The notes below the pieces were generated by a model. The model was given only the letters and a program-made list of their open reading frames with translations, was not told the DNA's origin and ran no database searches. From NCBI RefSeq assembly GCF_000025685.1, contig NC_013965.1, positions 1 to 6,359 on the forward strand: a DNA stretch of 6,359 nt, read 5' to 3'. Positions within the stretch are counted from its first letter, which is position 1, and every line of letters starts with the position of its first letter. Positions 4,859-6,359 of the stretch are shown one piece after another. Source of the DNA: Haloferax volcanii DS2. Lineage in GTDB: Archaea; Halobacteriota; Halobacteria; Halobacteriales; Haloferacaceae. The position numbers were made by a program, and so were the translations under genes.

Positions 4859-5476
4859 ATGCCGAGGGAACATGGCGACAGCGGGACGTTTGTCGAGACG
4901 GTTAGTTTAGAGGACGTCTTAGGAGTGTTCGACGTGGTCGACGGACCGGTAATCTTGTCGGCGGACGTCGCAGACGAGTTAGATTGCTCGCGAGAGACAG
5001 CTCGTCGGAAACTACAGGCATTATACGAACGCGGCGACCTCGAGCGCCGGAAAGTCTCACGACGAGTCGTCTATTGGGAAGCCGACGTTACAGCGGAAAC
5101 GATGGGGTACGACGAGACGGCGAGAGACGCGCCACAAGATGCCGGTGATTCTATCGAGGGTACTCGGACGTCGACGGCGTCAAGCGCCGCAGAAAGCACA
5201 ATAGACATTGACGCGATTCTCTCTGATATTGAGGTACCTGGGTTTGGAGAGAAAGCCGAGGCGCGAAAGACGGCGGTTCGGGCGGTCCTCGAGTACCTAG
5301 TCGACCACAAAGAGGCGGAGAGTAAGACTCTCAAAGAGATTGCGTGGGAAGCCGATTCGGAGACGTACGCAAATGCACGAAGTCTGTGGTCGAACGCGGT
5401 AGTCAAAGCACTACACCAAATTCCCGAGGTATCGAGCGCCGGCGAGCGACAAAGTGGGTGGTCTATAGATGAGTGA
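4859..5476 (+). CDS. 205-aa protein with an N-terminal winged-helix DNA-binding domain and an acidic C-terminal domain. Putative transcription regulator, a repressor-like candidate.
   Basis: Internal ATG (codon 127) of supplied ORF 4481..5476. From here the product is acidic and haloarchaeal in character: MPREHGDSGTFVETVSLEDVLGVFDVVDGPVILSADVADELDCSRETARRKLQALYERGDLERRKVSRRVVYWEA... This is helix-turn-helix plus a wing (RRKVSRRVVYW), nt ~4901-5084. The 126 upstream codons are antisense to the 75-aa gene and cover the promoter and repeats. An ATG at 4790 is a less likely alternative start. Confidence 0.8.
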   Translation: MPREHGDSGTFVETVSLEDVLGVFDVVDGPVILSADVADELDCSRETARRKLQALYERGDLERRKVSRRVVYWEADVTAETMGYDETARDAPQDAGDSIEGTRTSTASSAAESTIDIDAILSDIEVPGFGEKAEARKTAVRAVLEYLVDHKEAESKTLKEIAWEADSETYANARSLWSNAVVKALHQIPEVSSAGERQSGWSIDE

Positions 5477-5891
5477 CGACGGCGACGACGTCGACCCAAC
5501 CAACCCACGACCGAAAGGTCACTATGGACGGTTTCGAGATTCACCGTGGTACTACGTCAATGACGAGTTAGCACAGACATTCATCCTCGGACCAGCAACC
5601 GACGCGGAACCGGGCGACGACTGGATACTGTCGTTTACGGGGGAAGGTGCAACCGAGACGGACCGCGAAAGAGTGTGTGTCCGACTGACGCCGCGAGCGT
5701 TGCACGAGCTATACATCGAGACGAAAGACTTGTCGCCGGACGCTCGACAGGCGGGACACACCGCCGAGTGTGACCTTTGCGGGGAAAGCGTCCCGCTGGA
5801 GAAGGCCGTCCCGAACAAACGCGAGGAGCCGGTTCACAAACGCTGTTATGTCGACGCCTACGGCGGGCCGGTATGGATGGAAGATTATTGA
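5469..5891 (+). CDS. 140-aa acidic protein with a C-terminal CxxCG...HxxC metal-binding motif. Function unknown.
   Basis: The start ATG overlaps the upstream stop (ATGAGTGA, 5469-5476), which suggests translational coupling. A partial Shine-Dalgarno-like GGGTGGTC lies at 5456-5463. The C-terminus ECDLCGESVPLEKAVPNKREEPVHKRC gives C101-x2-C104-G-...-H123-x2-C126 (nt 5769-5846). The antisense ORFs 5552..5818 and 5709..5906 have atypical composition. Confidence 0.8.
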   Translation: MSDDGDDVDPTNPRPKGHYGRFRDSPWYYVNDELAQTFILGPATDAEPGDDWILSFTGEGATETDRERVCVRLTPRALHELYIETKDLSPDARQAGHTAECDLCGESVPLEKAVPNKREEPVHKRCYVDAYGGPVWMEDY

Positions 5892-5898
5892 GCCGGGT

Positions 5899-5940
5899 TT
5901 AACCAACAGTCGGACGTCCCGATAGGTCGGTGTTGGTTAA
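5899..5940. repeat. Perfect 10-bp inverted repeat with a 22-nt spacer, 8 nt after a stop codon. Possible terminator hairpin or protein-binding site.
   Basis: TTAACCAACA (5899-5908) and TGTTGGTTAA (5931-5940) are exact reverse complements. The spacer GTCGGACGTCCCGATAGGTCGG can itself form a small CCGA/TCGG stem. It lies between convergent genes. No oligo-T tract follows it, so terminator function is uncertain. Confidence 0.55.
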
Positions 5941-6037
5941 GAGCGTGGTTACACCGGGAGTAAGCACGGCTCCAGTCGTCGAGATATACAAGGAGAGACG
6001 CCGAGGACGTCAAACGACGCGGTCGGCCCCCCAGGGG

Positions 6038-6359
6038 TTACTCGTCGGCGTTATCTCGAAGCTCTAAGTTCGGGAACGCTCCGACTTTGTCCGTATTCCC
6101 CGACTCCCAAGCTTCTTTGATTCGAGCCATTTGTTCCTCGCCGGTTAGGTGGGAGAGTTCGCCCGATTCGAGTAGTTGGTTCACCTCGGGGTAACTGAGT
6201 TCGTCCGGCTCGCGCTCCCGTAACTCGTCGAGCGGCTCGCCCCGTTTTACATTAACCTCGACCTCGACCTCCTCGACCGAATACCCGCGCTGGAGGTATG
6301 CCTGTCTAACACCGCTCGCGGCAATCCCCTCGAAAGCGTCCTTTGCCAAATCGGACGGT
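6038..6359 (-). CDS. Partial CDS, probably with its N-terminus beyond the right edge. Acidic protein of unknown function.
   Basis: The supplied ORF 6038..6349 begins at a TTG, but the frame stays open to the window end (...PSD-LAKDAFEGIAASGVRQAYLQRGYSVEEVEVEVNVKRGEPLDELREREPDELSYPEVNQLLESGELSHLTGEEQMARIKEAWESGNTDKVGAFPNLELRDNADE). The true start is therefore probably outside the window. Strongly acidic. I recognise no motif. Confidence 0.7.
   Translation of the reverse strand, partial: PSDLAKDAFEGIAASGVRQAYLQRGYSVEEVEVEVNVKRGEPLDELREREPDELSYPEVNQLLESGELSHLTGEEQMARIKEAWESGNTDKVGAFPNLELRDNADE

Noticed and set aside
888-5855. Strong over-representation of the palindrome GTCGAC. By manual scan I count 20 copies (for example 888, 1206, 1335, 1715, 2085, 2106, 2460, 3000, 3449, 3614, 3775, 3988, 4020, 4491, 4677, 4937, 5170, 5300, 5490 and 5850). 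About 2 are expected from base composition.
   Set aside because: Most copies are in-frame GTC-GAC (Val-Asp) or TCG-ACG codon pairs. This follows from haloarchaeal codon and dipeptide bias rather than from a restriction-modification or repeat signal. It would need comparison with genome-wide k-mer statistics.
5071-5906. Minus-strand ORFs 5071..5544 (157 aa), 5552..5818 and 5709..5906.
   Set aside because: These are Ser/Arg/Ala-rich antisense shadows of the two acidic + strand genes. No independent start or promoter evidence exists.
6255-6272. Hexamer micro-repeat ACCTCG ACCTCG ACCTCC.
   Set aside because: It encodes the EVEVEV stretch of the minus-strand protein. It is too short to be a meaningful tandem repeat or contingency locus.
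1-6359. Search for tRNA or rRNA genes, CRISPR repeats, IS-element terminal inverted repeats with a transposase, integrase, and Orc1/Cdc6-type origin recognition boxes.
   Set aside because: I saw no cloverleaf-compatible sequence, no regularly spaced 25-40-bp repeats, no transposase- or integrase-like ORF, and no TTCCAGTGGAAAC-like ORB element on either strand.

Overview
The window looks like a gene-dense accessory region of a haloarchaeal (class Halobacteria) plasmid, provirus or integrated element. The basis is indirect. The convincing ORFs encode strongly acidic proteins, GC is in the mid-50s % by eye, and two genes have a TATA-like box about 27 nt upstream of the ATG, as expected for leaderless haloarchaeal mRNAs. 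No rRNA, tRNA, CRISPR array, transposase or integrase is visible.

I support eight protein-coding genes. Two are truncated by the window edges, and one of those is missing from the supplied ORF track.
- 1..284 (-): partial gene for a helical putative regulator.
- 347..490 (+): 47-aa ribbon-helix-helix (CopG-like) protein.
- 702..3347 (+): 881-aa orphan protein with two winged-helix (wHTH) modules and no recognisable enzymatic motif.
- 3541..4110 (+): 189-aa zinc-ribbon HGGxSxG plus GAPKxNxNA protein, resembling a terminase small subunit (TerS) or YjcR.
- 4457..4684 (-): 75-aa CPxCG zinc-finger micro-protein.
- 4859..5476 (+): 205-aa wHTH protein.
- 5469..5891 (+): 140-aa protein with a C-terminal CxxCG..HxxC motif, translationally coupled to the previous gene.
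- 6038..6359 (-): partial acidic protein.

The most interesting reading is a compact, uncharacterised replication, regulation and possibly packaging module. It runs from the RHH gene through the giant dual-wHTH protein and an orphan TerS-like gene with no large terminase, into a 346-bp repeat-rich non-coding tract between convergent genes. Next to it sits a divergent, switch-like pair (CPxCG finger versus wHTH regulator) whose intergenic region holds 21-bp direct repeats beside the TATA box. All functional assignments are motif-level inference from reading the sequence. No database search was possible.
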